Shown: piece after piece, positions 9,491 to 18,898 of the stretch | Numbering within the stretch: the first letter of the stretch is position 1 | Layout: the number at the start of each line of letters is the position of its first letter | Assembly (NCBI GenBank): GCA_000092065.1 | Contig: CP000595.1 | Length of the DNA: 64,000 bases | From: Ostreococcus lucimarinus | Taxonomy: Eukaryota | Reading direction: 5' to 3' (one strand) | The notes under the pieces: model-generated | Databases searched by the model: none | Seen by the model: only the letters and a program-made list of their open reading frames with translations | Told to the model about the DNA's origin: nothing | Position numbers and translations under genes: made by a program

Positions 9491-10738
9491 TTAAGCGTCG
9501 ACGTTATCGGGCGTGCCCGGGGCGGGCGGGGCGTCGGGAGCGACGACGCCGAATTCTTCGGCGCGTTGCGCGACGAATCGAAGGAGGTCGTTGGCGCGCG
9601 CCTCGACGGCGACGGCGGCGTCGGCGTCGGCGAATGATTCCGGTGGGAACATCGTGGACAGTCGATTGAGCATGCGCAGGAGGTGCGTCGCGCCGTACGC
9701 CTCGCTCGGACGCGCGTAGACGGGGTTGTGCCATTCGTCCTTGTACAGCAAGGACGCGTCGAGCGCGGCGTTGAAGGACTCTTCAAAGCCTCGAACGATG
9801 GCGCGCGTGCGCGCGGCGGTGACTCGCTGCGTGGAGGTCTTCGTCCTCGCCGGATCGGCGCGATCGGCGACGAATCGGTCCAGAATGTTCGCGACGTTGA
9901 CTCGAGGGGCGACGTACGCGCGCGGATCGACGCCGCGCGAGTCTTCGTAGTCGCGAAGGAGCGCCTTGCGCAGCGCCGTCGGCACGTTGACGCGAATCGT
10001 CCTCGCGACGCGCTCTTCCTCCGTGAGCTCCGGATCCGCCGCCGAGGGCTGCGCCTTCGCCGCACCGCGCGCCTCCGCGCTCTTCCCGACCGCGCGCTTC
10101 GCGACCGCGCGCGCGGCGTCGCCGCGTCTCGCGCTCGCGCCTCTCGGCGCCGCGTTCGAGCTCGCGCGCGCCGCCGTCGCCGCCGTCGTCTTCGCCCCTC
10201 CCACTCGCCCTTCCTTCCGGTGCTTCGGCGCGATGCTCGCCTTCGCCGTCTCGGCCAAACGCCTTTCCCGCATCCTTCGCTTCGAGACGTGACTCTGTTC
10301 ATTCTTCCACAACCGCCGCCGTTCCCTCGCCTCCGCCTCCGTCTCGTTCGGCGTCGCCGCCGGCGCCTTCCTCCGCTTCCCCCCTCGCGCCTGCTCGACC
10401 GCCCCGTTCGCTCGCGCGCGTTTCCGTTTCTCCCGCGCTTCCGTCGCGTCGAGCGGTCGCAGCGCCGCCGCGTCGACCCACTCGTCGTCCCGTCTCGGGT
10501 GGTGGTACCCGCCGTACCTGACCAAGTACTCGCCTCGGCCGTCGTCTCGCGCCCGCGCGCCGACGATCGTCGCGTTCACCGCGTCGTCGCCCTCCAAACG
10601 AATCGCCTTCGCGCCGAGTTCAAATCCAGAAATCGCTTTCGACGTCGCGCGCGGCGTTCGCGCCGGTCGCGCGCGCGCGGCGACGTCCGGGACCGCGCGC
10701 GTCGCCGCGAGCGCCGCGGCCTCGGCCGCGGCGAGCAT
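9491..10738 (-). CDS. MRG/Eaf3/MORF4-family chromatin protein (chromo-barrel plus MRG domain)
   Basis: ATG at 10738 was verified. The N-terminal segment GEYLVRYGGYHHPRRDDEWV looks like a chromo-barrel or tudor-knot. The C-terminal MRG domain matches in VNVPTALRKALLRDYE, ILDRFV, IVRGFEESFNAALDASLLYKDEW and LLRMLNRLSTMF. Confidence 0.7.
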   Translation of the reverse strand: MLAAAEAAALAATRAVPDVAARARPARTPRATSKAISGFELGAKAIRLEGDDAVNATIVGARARDDGRGEYLVRYGGYHHPRRDDEWVDAAALRPLDATEAREKRKRARANGAVEQARGGKRRKAPAATPNETEAEARERRRLWKNEQSHVSKRRMRERRLAETAKASIAPKHRKEGRVGGAKTTAATAARASSNAAPRGASARRGDAARAVAKRAVGKSAEARGAAKAQPSAADPELTEEERVARTIRVNVPTALRKALLRDYEDSRGVDPRAYVAPRVNVANILDRFVADRADPARTKTSTQRVTAARTRAIVRGFEESFNAALDASLLYKDEWHNPVYARPSEAYGATHLLRMLNRLSTMFPPESFADADAAVAVEARANDLLRFVAQRAEEFGVVAPDAPPAPGTPDNVDA

Positions 10739-10974
10739 CGCGCGTCGAAAACGACGCGACGCGACGCGATGTGGAGATTTGAAATCTTTGAAATCTCGAC
10801 ACTCGAGCGCGCGCCGCGGGACGCGCGAGGCGTCGCGCGCGACGACGGACGCGCGCGCGGGCGCGCGGACGGACGACGCGCGACGCGCGACGCGCGAACG
10901 CGCGGCGCGAGCGACGCACGACGCGAATCATCGGAATCATTCATGACGGTTGGATAACGAACGACCGCGTTCGA

Positions 10975-12474
10975 ATGGCGACGACGACGACGACGCGATG
11001 CGACGACGACGACGGCGCTCGACGCGCGCGGGACGCGCGGGGGAAATTACTGGACGCGCGGGCGCGACGAGACGCCGCGCGCGAGGCGGTGCGAGAGGCG
11101 CTGACGCGACCGAGCGCGACGACGCGGTCGAACGCGGCGACGACGACGGCGCTCGAGGAGGGACGACGACGGCGCGTCGGGGACGCGCGACGCGAGATCG
11201 ACGCGCTGCGGGAGGTTTTGAAGATCGAGCGAGCGGCGCTGGAGGCGGCGCGGACGAGGATCGAGGCGATGGAGGCGACGGAGGCGGAGGCGTACGCGAC
11301 GCTTCGGGACGCCGAGCGCGCGGCGCTCGAGGTGGAGGTGCCGTGCGCCATGGCCGAGGTCGAGCACGAGTTTCGCGCGGTGAGCGCGGCGAGGGCGTTG
11401 GAGACGCGACGGGCGATGGTGAGGCTGCGAGCGCTGCTGCCGGTGAGGATCGATGAGGAACGAGGGAGCCGCGAGGCGCCGCGAGGCGTGCGCGCGTGCG
11501 AGTGGCGAGTGCCGGACGCGATCGACGATCGAGGGTTCGACGCGCACGAACTCGCGGCCGGGTTGGGGGCTTTGATGCATTTCAGCGCGCTCGCGTCGCG
11601 GTATCTCGACGCGCCGCGATTGCACAGAGGATCGCACGCGGCGTCGCAGTCGTACGTGTGGGCGCCGACGAGCGCGTGGGACGACGTCGACTCGTCGGTG
11701 TGGGAGAATAAAGGCACGGTTCACGTTCGTGATTTCGCGGGCGTGAATTCAGAGCGTTTGGAGCTATTTCTACCGCGCGCGGTCGTCGAAGGATCGTGCG
11801 ATCCCGCGTCGGTTCGCGAGAGCAGACTGCGGCTCAAGCGAGCGATTCGACTGTTGACGAGATCCGTCTCGGTCATGTGCGCGCACCAATCGCGAGAGTG
11901 CGGCGTGATCGCGCCGCCTAATTGGGGACCATTTTCTCAACTGTGTGCGCTCACTTCGGCGGTGGCGAAAGGAGAAGAGACGACGACGACGGCGCCGCAA
12001 CGCGCGCCCGCGCGGCGACAAACGCCGCCACAAATTTTGCGCACCTCCACGAACGATCGCCGCCGCGAGTCCGTGGAGAGTTTTGAATCACGAGACATGG
12101 TTCAACCCGTAACAGACGGCGCGCACCGCGGCGATGTGGTTAAACGCGCGGTGTCGTCGACAATAGCGGAAATTTCGCGAAACCATTGGTTTTCCGCTCA
12201 CGCGTCGACGCCGCGAGAATCCAACGCGATCGTCGACGACGACGAGTTGCTTTTTGAGACTTTAAACGCCGGTGATTTCTTCATCGATCACGATTCAGTG
12301 GACGATATCGGTGGCTGGGAGGCGATTCACGGCAATCGTTTGCGCCCAGCGGCGGTCGAAGACGCCGTCGCCCCAGTCTCGAACCGCGGCCTCGTCTTAC
12401 CGCCACCACCCAGCGCGGTGGACGACATAGAGCATTGGGAGCGCGCCATGCTGGTGGATAATGCTGGTGGATAA
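10975..12474 (+). CDS. Coiled-coil protein, possibly a UVRAG/Vps38/Atg14-family PI3K-complex subunit
   Basis: ATG at 10975 was verified. The N-terminal 140 aa are predicted coiled coil. The central segment ELAAGLGALMHFSALASRYLDAPRLHRGSHAASQSYVW resembles the conserved Atg14/UVRAG core. A TGTAA motif lies at 12505-12509, after the stop at 12472-12474. Confidence 0.4.
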   Translation: MATTTTTRCDDDDGARRARDARGKLLDARARRDAAREAVREALTRPSATTRSNAATTTALEEGRRRRVGDARREIDALREVLKIERAALEAARTRIEAMEATEAEAYATLRDAERAALEVEVPCAMAEVEHEFRAVSAARALETRRAMVRLRALLPVRIDEERGSREAPRGVRACEWRVPDAIDDRGFDAHELAAGLGALMHFSALASRYLDAPRLHRGSHAASQSYVWAPTSAWDDVDSSVWENKGTVHVRDFAGVNSERLELFLPRAVVEGSCDPASVRESRLRLKRAIRLLTRSVSVMCAHQSRECGVIAPPNWGPFSQLCALTSAVAKGEETTTTAPQRAPARRQTPPQILRTSTNDRRRESVESFESRDMVQPVTDGAHRGDVVKRAVSSTIAEISRNHWFSAHASTPRESNAIVDDDELLFETLNAGDFFIDHDSVDDIGGWEAIHGNRLRPAAVEDAVAPVSNRGLVLPPPPSAVDDIEHWERAMLVDNAGG

Positions 12475-12555
12475 CCAGTCAAGTTGTTGAACGGCGCGTG
12501 CGATTGTAATTCTACGATGTACACTACATTTCACTCGCGCCGAACGAAGCGTCTT

Positions 12556-13276
12556 TTACGACTTCACCAGACTCAAAATCTCCTCCACCCGCGCCCGCGT
12601 CTGCGCCAACGAGCACGACGTATCGATCACGTAATCCGCCTTCGCCCTCTTCTCCGCGTCCGGGATCTGACGCGCCGCGATCCCATTAAACTTCTCCTCC
12701 GTCATCCCGTCGCGTTTCAACACGCGCGCCCGCTGCGTCGCCTCGTCTCCCGTGCTCACCACGCACACCGCATCCACGCTCGCCTCGTACTCTTTCTCGT
12801 ACAACAACGGAATATCAAACACCACCACGTCATCGTTCGCGTGCGCCTCGACGAACGCCTCTCTCGCGCGTTCCACCAGCGGGTGCACCGCCGACTCGAG
12901 CGCGCGCATCTTCGCGTCGTCCCCGATGACGATCGCCCCGAGCTTCGCGCGGTCAATCGCCCCCGTCGCGGCGTCTAAGACGCCATCACCGAACATCTCG
13001 GCCACGACGGCGACGGCGGCGCCGTCGGGGGCGTATAAATCGTACACGACCTGCGCGCGGGACGACGAGCGGGACGGTTGGGTCAGCGCGCGGCTTCTCT
13101 CGAGTCTTCGACGCGTCGCGAAAGGGCGACGTCGACGCGAGCGCACGCGCGAAGGCTCGACGCACCGCGTCGGCGTCCATGACGGCCACACCGAGGTCGC
13201 GAAACATGGCGGCGACGGTGGACTTGCCCATGCCTATGGAGCCGGTGAGCCCGAGTCGCGTCGTCGAGCGCGACAT
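12556..13276 (-). CDS. coaE: Dephospho-CoA kinase (CoaE/DPCK); 2 exons (13276..13166, 13050..12556)
   Basis: Exon 1 encodes MSRSTTRLGLTGSIGMGKSTVAAMFRDLGVAVMDADA, which contains the P-loop. Exon 2 is in another frame and encodes VVYDLYAPDGAAVAVVAEMFGDGVL...HPLV.... The spliced junction DADAVVYDLYAPDGAAV lines up residue for residue with human COASY DSDHLGHRAYAPGGPAY. The 115-nt intron 13051..13165 has a GTGCGT donor, GCTGAC branch and CGCGCAG acceptor. Confidence 0.85.
13051..13165 (-). other. Intron of the dephospho-CoA kinase gene (115 nt)
   Basis: Its length is 3n+1, which accounts for the frame change between the two ORF-track pieces (12986..13393 and 12556..13191). It carries the consensus GT...CTGAC...CAG signals. 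Confidence 0.8.
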
Positions 13277-13478
13277 GACGACGCGCGCGCGACTATGAGC
13301 GCGCGAGAGACGCGCGATGCGCGCGAGGGTTCGAGTTATGCGCGTCGTCGACGTCGTGGGCGCTCGCGATCGATCGGTCGAACCGACGCGCATGCGCCGA
13401 GCGAGGCGCGTTGTGGCGCGCGGCGGCGCGCGCTTCTCAAATCGACGAAATCATCACAAACTCAAAGCTCGCGCTAGT

Positions 13479-13922
13479 TTACTTCTTGGCGAAGCCGAGA
13501 CCGTTATCCTCGGCGTAACGCGCCATGAATCGCATGAATCTGTCCCAATCTCTCTCCGTCTTCATCACGTATCGCGCCTCGATGCCGCTCGGTTTACCGT
13601 TGATGAACTTCGCGTTGACGTCCACCGTGCTCATCTCTCCCTCCTCGTCGTTCAGGAACATCCCCGTGATGTCACCTTGACCGTTTTCAAACACATCCGG
13701 TTCGGCGAAGATGAAGAACGCCGTGCCGTTGGAGCCGTCCTTGCTTCGCGTGAGTTTCACTTCGGGGACCGAGGTTTCGTTTTGACCCTTGACGAACTGA
13801 ATCGACGTCGTCCCCGCGCGCGTCACCGCGCGCGACGCGCGAGTCGCGCGCGCGACGCCGCGGTTCATCGTGGACGGTCTGTGGGCGATCATCGCCCGAG
13901 AGGCGAGCGTTTGCGCGTGCAT
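13479..13922 (-). CDS. psb28: Photosystem II assembly factor Psb28, plastid-targeted
   Basis: The ORF starts with TTG at 13952; the first ATG is at 13922 and was verified. The mature part, [32 protein letters not shown]...[60 protein letters not shown], is near-identical to Psb28 over its whole length. It is preceded by a transit peptide of about 40 aa. Confidence 0.9.
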   Translation of the reverse strand: MHAQTLASRAMIAHRPSTMNRGVARATRASRAVTRAGTTSIQFVKGQNETSVPEVKLTRSKDGSNGTAFFIFAEPDVFENGQGDITGMFLNDEEGEMSTVDVNAKFINGKPSGIEARYVMKTERDWDRFMRFMARYAEDNGLGFAKK

Positions 13923-14227
13923 CGCGCGGTTCGTTCGCGGCGAATGGGACAAAGTTGCGTGACGTCGACGGTCGTTTCGACGGTCGTGCGGCGCGCGCGA
14001 GCGGTCGTGCGGCGGTTTCGCGGGCCGTGTGCGCGCGCGGAAGGTCGGTCGCGAAGACTGCGCTTCGCGGGCGAGATCGGCGGTCGTGCGAGCGCGCGCG
14101 TCGATGTGCGGCGAGTGGGCGCGTTATCCAGAGGCGTCTCGGCGCGTGGCGTCGCGGCGAAGTGATATTGAAATGAATGTGCGCGTGCGCGCGAAATTGC
14201 GTGAGTCGATCGTCGTCGATGCGCTCG

Positions 14228-15601
14228 CTAGTCGTTGCGCCCGTCGACGACGCCGGCGTCGTCTCTGAAATTATCTTGAAGCTTGTCCAGACGCTTGGCC
14301 ACCTTTTCGAGCTGTCGCTGTTCCTTTTTGGTGAGCGTCGAGTTTTTATCATCCTTTGTGACGAAACCGGCGGGACGGCCCGGACCGGAGTTGACGAGAC
14401 CGCTCTCGAGCCGTCGAAGCTTCTCTTCCAGAGTCACGGCCTCGGTGGTGAAGAAGGATTCGATCCGTTTGACGTCTTTTTCGATGTCTTTTTCGATCAC
14501 CTCGGCGTCGTCGACGAGGGTGTCGAGATCCGTCGGCTTGGTGAGCTTGAGCTCGGGGGCGGGCTTGCACGAATTATCGGTGATGACGAAGTCGCTCCAC
14601 TTCACGCCCACCTTTTTGGACGCGGCTTCGAGATCGGGGATCCACTCTGGCTTGAGATCGGGCGTCGTCGCGTACACCGTGGCGCCGCCGTATCCGTCCC
14701 ACGCGTCGTTGGTACCGCGATAGTAAATGTACACCCACTCCCCTTCCTTGTACGCGGGGATGTACCAATCGTCTTGATAGTGCAACATCACGTTCCCGTT
14801 GTTGTGCAAGATGGCTTTACCGTCGGGTTCTTGGTAAAATCTCTGCACGTCGTTGCGTTCGTAGAATTGCCCATTCGGCCGGTTCACGCGCCAGTTAATC
14901 TTAATGTACATCTTCCCATCGTCTCCTTTGTCGAAAAAGTGTTCTTGGCAATCGAAGGTGTCAAAGTCCTTATTCAATCCGGCGACGATGTACCAGCGCT
15001 TTTCCTTCACCATGGTGTCGATCGTGAATCCATCCGCGAGCGCGTCGAACGGCGGCACAGGATACGTTCCGTCGTCCTTTCGCTGCGCCACGCACGACTT
15101 CTCCGTCACCGCGCACGTGTTGAACGTCCCGACCGCTTGCGAGGCGTACAAATCACCGCATCGAATCTGACAGTCCCCCTCGTCCGGCTGTCCGAAGCAT
15201 CCCTGCAGGCACACCAAATCTTCCAAACACTTTTCATCCGTCACGCACTTCGCGAGCTCCTTCCCGCAGTTTTGCAACAAACACGCCCCCGTGTCCTTCA
15301 TCTCCGCCTGCTTCGCCGCGCTCACCGCCAGCGCGCTTCCCGGCGCCACCGTCATCGCCGACGCCGCGATCGCGACGGCGGCGAGCGCGCTCGCCGCGCC
15401 TCGCGCGACGTCGCCCAGCGCCGTCGTCCCGTCGTCCCGCGCGCCGTCGTCCCGCATCGCCGCGCGCGCCCGCGAGATCGGCGTCCGCGTCACCGCGCGC
15501 GCCTTCGACCCCTTCCGCGCGCTCGCCGATCGCGCGCTCGCCGCGCGCGACCGCGAAAACATCGCGCCGTCGATCGCCCGCATCGCCGCGACCGTCGCCA
15601 T
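14228..15601 (-). CDS. VDE: Violaxanthin de-epoxidase (plant-type VDE), thylakoid-lumen targeted
   Basis: It has the Cys-rich N-terminal domain (CLLQNCGKELAKCVTDEKCLEDLVCLQGC...CQIRCGDLY...FNTCAV), the lipocalin core (FDTFDCQEHFF...WRVN...YQDDWYI...YYRGTNDAWDGYGGA) and the Glu-rich C-terminal tail. The ORF reaches up to 16123 but that would overlap ZEP. I chose the ATG at 15601, which gives a bipartite transit/lumen signal starting MATVAAMRAI... and ending at an ALA-VSAAK cleavage motif. Confidence 0.85.
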   Translation of the reverse strand: MATVAAMRAIDGAMFSRSRAASARSASARKGSKARAVTRTPISRARAAMRDDGARDDGTTALGDVARGAASALAAVAIAASAMTVAPGSALAVSAAKQAEMKDTGACLLQNCGKELAKCVTDEKCLEDLVCLQGCFGQPDEGDCQIRCGDLYASQAVGTFNTCAVTEKSCVAQRKDDGTYPVPPFDALADGFTIDTMVKEKRWYIVAGLNKDFDTFDCQEHFFDKGDDGKMYIKINWRVNRPNGQFYERNDVQRFYQEPDGKAILHNNGNVMLHYQDDWYIPAYKEGEWVYIYYRGTNDAWDGYGGATVYATTPDLKPEWIPDLEAASKKVGVKWSDFVITDNSCKPAPELKLTKPTDLDTLVDDAEVIEKDIEKDVKRIESFFTTEAVTLEEKLRRLESGLVNSGPGRPAGFVTKDDKNSTLTKKEQRQLEKVAKRLDKLQDNFRDDAGVVDGRND

Positions 15602-15839
15602 TCGCCTCGTCCCTCGCGTCCTCGCGCCGCGTTCGACCCTTTCGGCGCGCCGACGCGCCTCGCGCGCGCGCTCGCGCGTTCCCGCGCGCGCTCGCGGCGT
15701 CTCGCGCGCTCGCGGCGCGTTTTGCGGCGCCGCGCGCGTCGCCGCGAACGGATAAGACGACCCGCGATCGCCGCACACGCGCGCGCGCCGTCGTCGCTCG
15801 CGCCGAGCGCGCGCGTCGCGACGGCTCGTCGCACGCGCC
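15602..15839. promoter_or_regulatory. Shared bidirectional promoter region of VDE (-) and ZEP (+)
   Basis: This 238 bp lies between the chosen VDE ATG (15601, minus) and the ZEP ATG (15840, plus). The ZEP ATG is embedded in a CATG palindrome (15839-15842). Confidence 0.5.
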
Positions 15840-17486
15840 ATGCGCTCGACCGTCGCGCCGTCGCGCGCGACCGCCGCGCGCGCGACGCCGGCGCCGTCCC
15901 CGCGCGCGGTGCGCTCGACCGCGGCGTCGCGTCCCGCGCGCGCGCCGCGCGCGATCGTCGCGCGCGCGCGACCGCGCGACCGCGCGCGAGCGCCGCGCGG
16001 ACTCGCGCGCGCGCGCGCGGTCTCGGACGACGTCGCGATCGACGCGACGAAGCCCAAGGTGCTGGTCGCCGGCGGCGGGATCGCGGGGCTCGTCGCGGCG
16101 GCGGCGTGCCGACGCAAGGGCATGGAGGTCAGGGTGTTCGAGAAGGTGAAAAAGTACGAACCGTTCGGTGGACCGATTCAGCTGCAGTGCAACGCGCAGG
16201 GAGCGCTGGATTCGATCGATCCCGCGATGGCGGAGGCGGTGACGGCGAAGGGGACGATCACGGGCGATCGCGTCAACGGGTTGCTGGACGGCGTGAGCGG
16301 GGAGTGGTTCTATCGGTTCGACACGAGAAAACCGTGCCATGATAATGGATTGCCGCTGACGCTGGTGCTGTCGAGGTTCGAACTGCTGGACATACTGTCG
16401 AACGGGGTCGGGGCGGAGAACATCGAGATGGGGACGGTGGTGGAGAGGTACGAACACAGGGGCGAAAAGGTGGTGGCGACGCTCACGGACGGACGAGAGT
16501 TCGAGGGAGACGTGCTGATCGGGGCGGATGGGATTCGGTCCAAGCTTCGGGCGCAGATGCGCGGCGCGGATCCGGAGAAGCCGCCGCTCGCGTACGCGGG
16601 CTACGCGGTGTACACGGCGGTGTGCAAGTACTCGCAGCCGCATCGAGAGCCCCAGCACACGGACCCGAACAAGGTCGGCTACCAAGTCTTCCTCGGTCCG
16701 AAGCAATACTTCGTCTCGTCGGACGTCGGGAACGGCGAACAGCAGTACTATGCCTTCTTGGAAGTGCCTCCGGGCGGGGACGACGAGTTCGCCAAGTGCG
16801 AAAAGTGGGAAAACTATCGCGAGATGCTCATGGACCGCTTCAGCGGCTGGGCGCCGGCGGTCATGGAGCGTCTCGAGTGCACGCGACCGGAAGACGTCGA
16901 GCGCCGCGACGTGAACGATATTCTCCCCGATCCTCGCTGGGTCGACGGTCGCATGGCGTTGCTCGGCGATTCCGCGCACGCGGTGCAACCGAACCTCGGC
17001 CAAGGCGGCGGCCAAGCCATCGAGAGCGCGTACGTCTTGGCGGATGAGCTTTCCAAGTGCGAGGGCGGCAAGGGCGTGCAGAACGCGTTGATGGCGTACG
17101 CGTCTCGTCGATTCTTGCGCACGGCCTCCATTCACGGCTTGTCGCGATTCTCGTCGTTGATGAATACGTTTTACCGACGACACCTCGGCGACGAACCGTA
17201 CGACTGGTACCCCGAGCCGGTCAAAAACATGTGGAACACCGTCGCCAAGGCGAAGATTCCGCACCCTGGCTCAGTGATCGGTCAAATCGCGCTCATCGGC
17301 ACCATGCCCATCATTTTAGAGTACGTCGGCGCCGGTTACGGCTTGCCCGGCGTCTTGGGCGGCGCGTCGACGGGCAACGGCAAGGATCGCGTTCCGCGCT
17401 CCCAAGTCCCGGGCATCTCCGCCCCTCTTCGAGACTTGACCGCCGAAGATTTCAAGATGCGTGGCATTCCCGGTTTCGCCAAGTGA
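15840..17486 (+). CDS. ZEP: Zeaxanthin epoxidase (ZEP/ABA1-type FAD monooxygenase), plastid-targeted, no C-terminal FHA domain
   Basis: ATG at 15840 was verified. After a transit peptide it has the FAD fold VLVAGGGIAGLVAAAACRRKG. It matches plant ZEP strongly and collinearly in GPIQLQCNAQGALDSID, GDRVNGLLDGVSGEWFYRFDT, GADGIRSKLR, YQVFLGPKQYFVSSDVGNGEQQYYAF, LLGDSAHAVQPNLGQGGGQAIE and KIPHPG. It ends GIPGFAK with no FHA-like segment. Confidence 0.9.
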   Translation: MRSTVAPSRATAARATPAPSPRAVRSTAASRPARAPRAIVARARPRDRARAPRGLARARAVSDDVAIDATKPKVLVAGGGIAGLVAAAACRRKGMEVRVFEKVKKYEPFGGPIQLQCNAQGALDSIDPAMAEAVTAKGTITGDRVNGLLDGVSGEWFYRFDTRKPCHDNGLPLTLVLSRFELLDILSNGVGAENIEMGTVVERYEHRGEKVVATLTDGREFEGDVLIGADGIRSKLRAQMRGADPEKPPLAYAGYAVYTAVCKYSQPHREPQHTDPNKVGYQVFLGPKQYFVSSDVGNGEQQYYAFLEVPPGGDDEFAKCEKWENYREMLMDRFSGWAPAVMERLECTRPEDVERRDVNDILPDPRWVDGRMALLGDSAHAVQPNLGQGGGQAIESAYVLADELSKCEGGKGVQNALMAYASRRFLRTASIHGLSRFSSLMNTFYRRHLGDEPYDWYPEPVKNMWNTVAKAKIPHPGSVIGQIALIGTMPIILEYVGAGYGLPGVLGGASTGNGKDRVPRSQVPGISAPLRDLTAEDFKMRGIPGFAK

Positions 17487-17745
17487 TCGCCACGCACCGG
17501 CGCGATCGATCCATCGATTCGCCGCCGACGAAGAGCGACGCCTCGCGTCGACTCAACCCACACCACCGCCGCTGTACCATCAAACGTCACCATCTCACGT
17601 TGAAGAACGTCTGAATTCACGAACAAAGACATTTACCGTACTGAACTATTATTAATAACCACGACGACACATCGTATCGCTCGGCGCGCCGCTCGCTCGA
17701 CGCGCCGCTCGCTCGACGCGTCCGCAGAGCGCGACGCCGATCCGC

Positions 17746-18831
17746 ATGCCTCCTCTCCCGCGCCGCCGCGCCGCGCGCGCGCGCGTCCGCGCGCGCGCCC
17801 GCGCGTCCGCGCGCGCGTTCGTCCTCGCTCTGCTGTCGCGCGCGCGCCCGAGCGCGTCGTCGGCGCGAACGTCCAAGATCGGTGCCCTGCGCGAGTGCGT
17901 CGACGCGTCTCGCTCGCAGCGGCGCCTGTGCGGCGCGTCCGCCGCCGTGGTGCTCGGTCAGAACGTCTACGTCGCGTCGTCGCGCGCGGACGCGGTGACG
18001 GTGATCGACGCGAGCGATCCCGAGGCGATGCGGGTCGCCGGGAGCGCGGCGAGCTTCGGCGGCATGCGACGACCGACGGATTTGCACCTGCACGCGTCGC
18101 AGAGCTACGTCGCGGTGCTCGCGACCGGTGACGTGCAGACGAAAAAGTCGAGCGTCGTCGTCGTGGACGTGAGCGCGTCGAGGTGGTCGGCGGACGGGAC
18201 GACGATTACGCCGACGATGGCGGCGAGCGGACACAACTGCACGGCGACGGAGAAGGGAGGACGGACGTTTTACGACGGATACCTGTGCGGCGCGACGGCT
18301 TTCGCGATCGTGGGTAATTTGGCGTACGTCGCGTGCGGAGACACGAATCGGTTGACGGTGATGTCGCTGCCGAGCGACGTCAGCAAGACGGCGCTCGAAC
18401 CGGTGGCGGTGGTGGGGACGATTCAGAGCGAGGAGTTGACGAACGCGGAAGCCATCATGGTGGCGAATAATAAGGCGTACGTGCGATCGGATGGTGTTTG
18501 TGGGTCGTGCGTGGCCGTGGTGGACGTCACGAGCGCGTCTTCGATGTCGATGTTGGCCACGAAGGACATTTCTGAGATTTCATCCGACGTCCCGACGTGG
18601 CGATGGTCGACGGGATATTTAGCGCGCGGCGCGCACAGAGACAACGCGTCGTACCCGTACGATTGGGTAGTAGATCCCGTGAGTTCGAGCGTGACGAGCG
18701 TGGCGAGGGAATGCGTGAATGTGGCGCTCGCAATAGGCGATACGCCCGCGGCGTGCGTCGGACGGAACGAATTCGCTTACGACGCCGACGCCGAGACGAG
18801 CGCGTTCAATTTCGACTTGTTGACGTCTTAG
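17746..18831 (+). CDS. Hypothetical secreted protein, possibly a beta-propeller repeat protein
   Basis: ATG at 17746 was verified. The N-terminal basic stretch is followed by a hydrophobic segment (AFVLALLS), which looks like a signal peptide. The body is rich in Ser/Thr/Val/Ala repeats suggestive of YVTN-type beta-propeller blades. I recognise no confident homolog. Confidence 0.35.
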   Translation: MPPLPRRRAARARVRARARASARAFVLALLSRARPSASSARTSKIGALRECVDASRSQRRLCGASAAVVLGQNVYVASSRADAVTVIDASDPEAMRVAGSAASFGGMRRPTDLHLHASQSYVAVLATGDVQTKKSSVVVVDVSASRWSADGTTITPTMAASGHNCTATEKGGRTFYDGYLCGATAFAIVGNLAYVACGDTNRLTVMSLPSDVSKTALEPVAVVGTIQSEELTNAEAIMVANNKAYVRSDGVCGSCVAVVDVTSASSMSMLATKDISEISSDVPTWRWSTGYLARGAHRDNASYPYDWVVDPVSSSVTSVARECVNVALAIGDTPAACVGRNEFAYDADAETSAFNFDLLTS

Positions 18832-18835
18832 GTAC

Positions 18836-18873
18836 CGATAGCTATAGCTATAGATTTTGTAGATTTTGTTACA
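18836..18873. repeat. AT-rich convergent 3'-UTR spacer with short tandem repeats (GATAGCTATAGCTATAG and TAGATTTTGTAGATTTTGT) and a minus-strand TGTAA motif
   Basis: It lies between the stop of the 17746..18831 (+) gene and the stop of MCRS1 (-) at 18899. The plus-strand ttaca at 18869-18873 is a minus-strand TGTAA about 26 nt past the MCRS1 stop. Confidence 0.5.
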
Positions 18874-18898
18874 GAACGATTGTAGTATTAGGTGTGTT

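Noticed and set aside
15839-16123. VDE start at the ORF-track ATG 16123, or at the Met at 15841 that shares a CATG palindrome with the ZEP ATG
   Set aside because: Either start would put 80-170 codons of low-complexity VDE N-terminus antisense inside the ZEP coding region. The ATG at 15601 gives a sensible bipartite lumen-targeting presequence and a 238-bp divergent promoter.
14177-17264. Very long antisense ORFs opposite VDE and ZEP (14177..16342 plus, 721 aa; 15234..17264 minus, 676 aa), and similar ones opposite FtsHi (33390..35021), PAT (22030..23007), MRG (9683..10957), CFAP45-like (47430..49151), PTOX (51186..52118, 51424..52605), IMPase-kinase (44041..45258), MCRS1 (18597..19775), the START gene (39652..40689), PDS (1559..2653) and the kinase (5181..6152)
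   Set aside because: Their translations are Arg/Ala/Gly/Pro-rich low-complexity strings with no recognisable domains. Stop-poor antisense frames are expected at about 67% GC. In every case the opposite strand encodes a protein with strong collinear homology.
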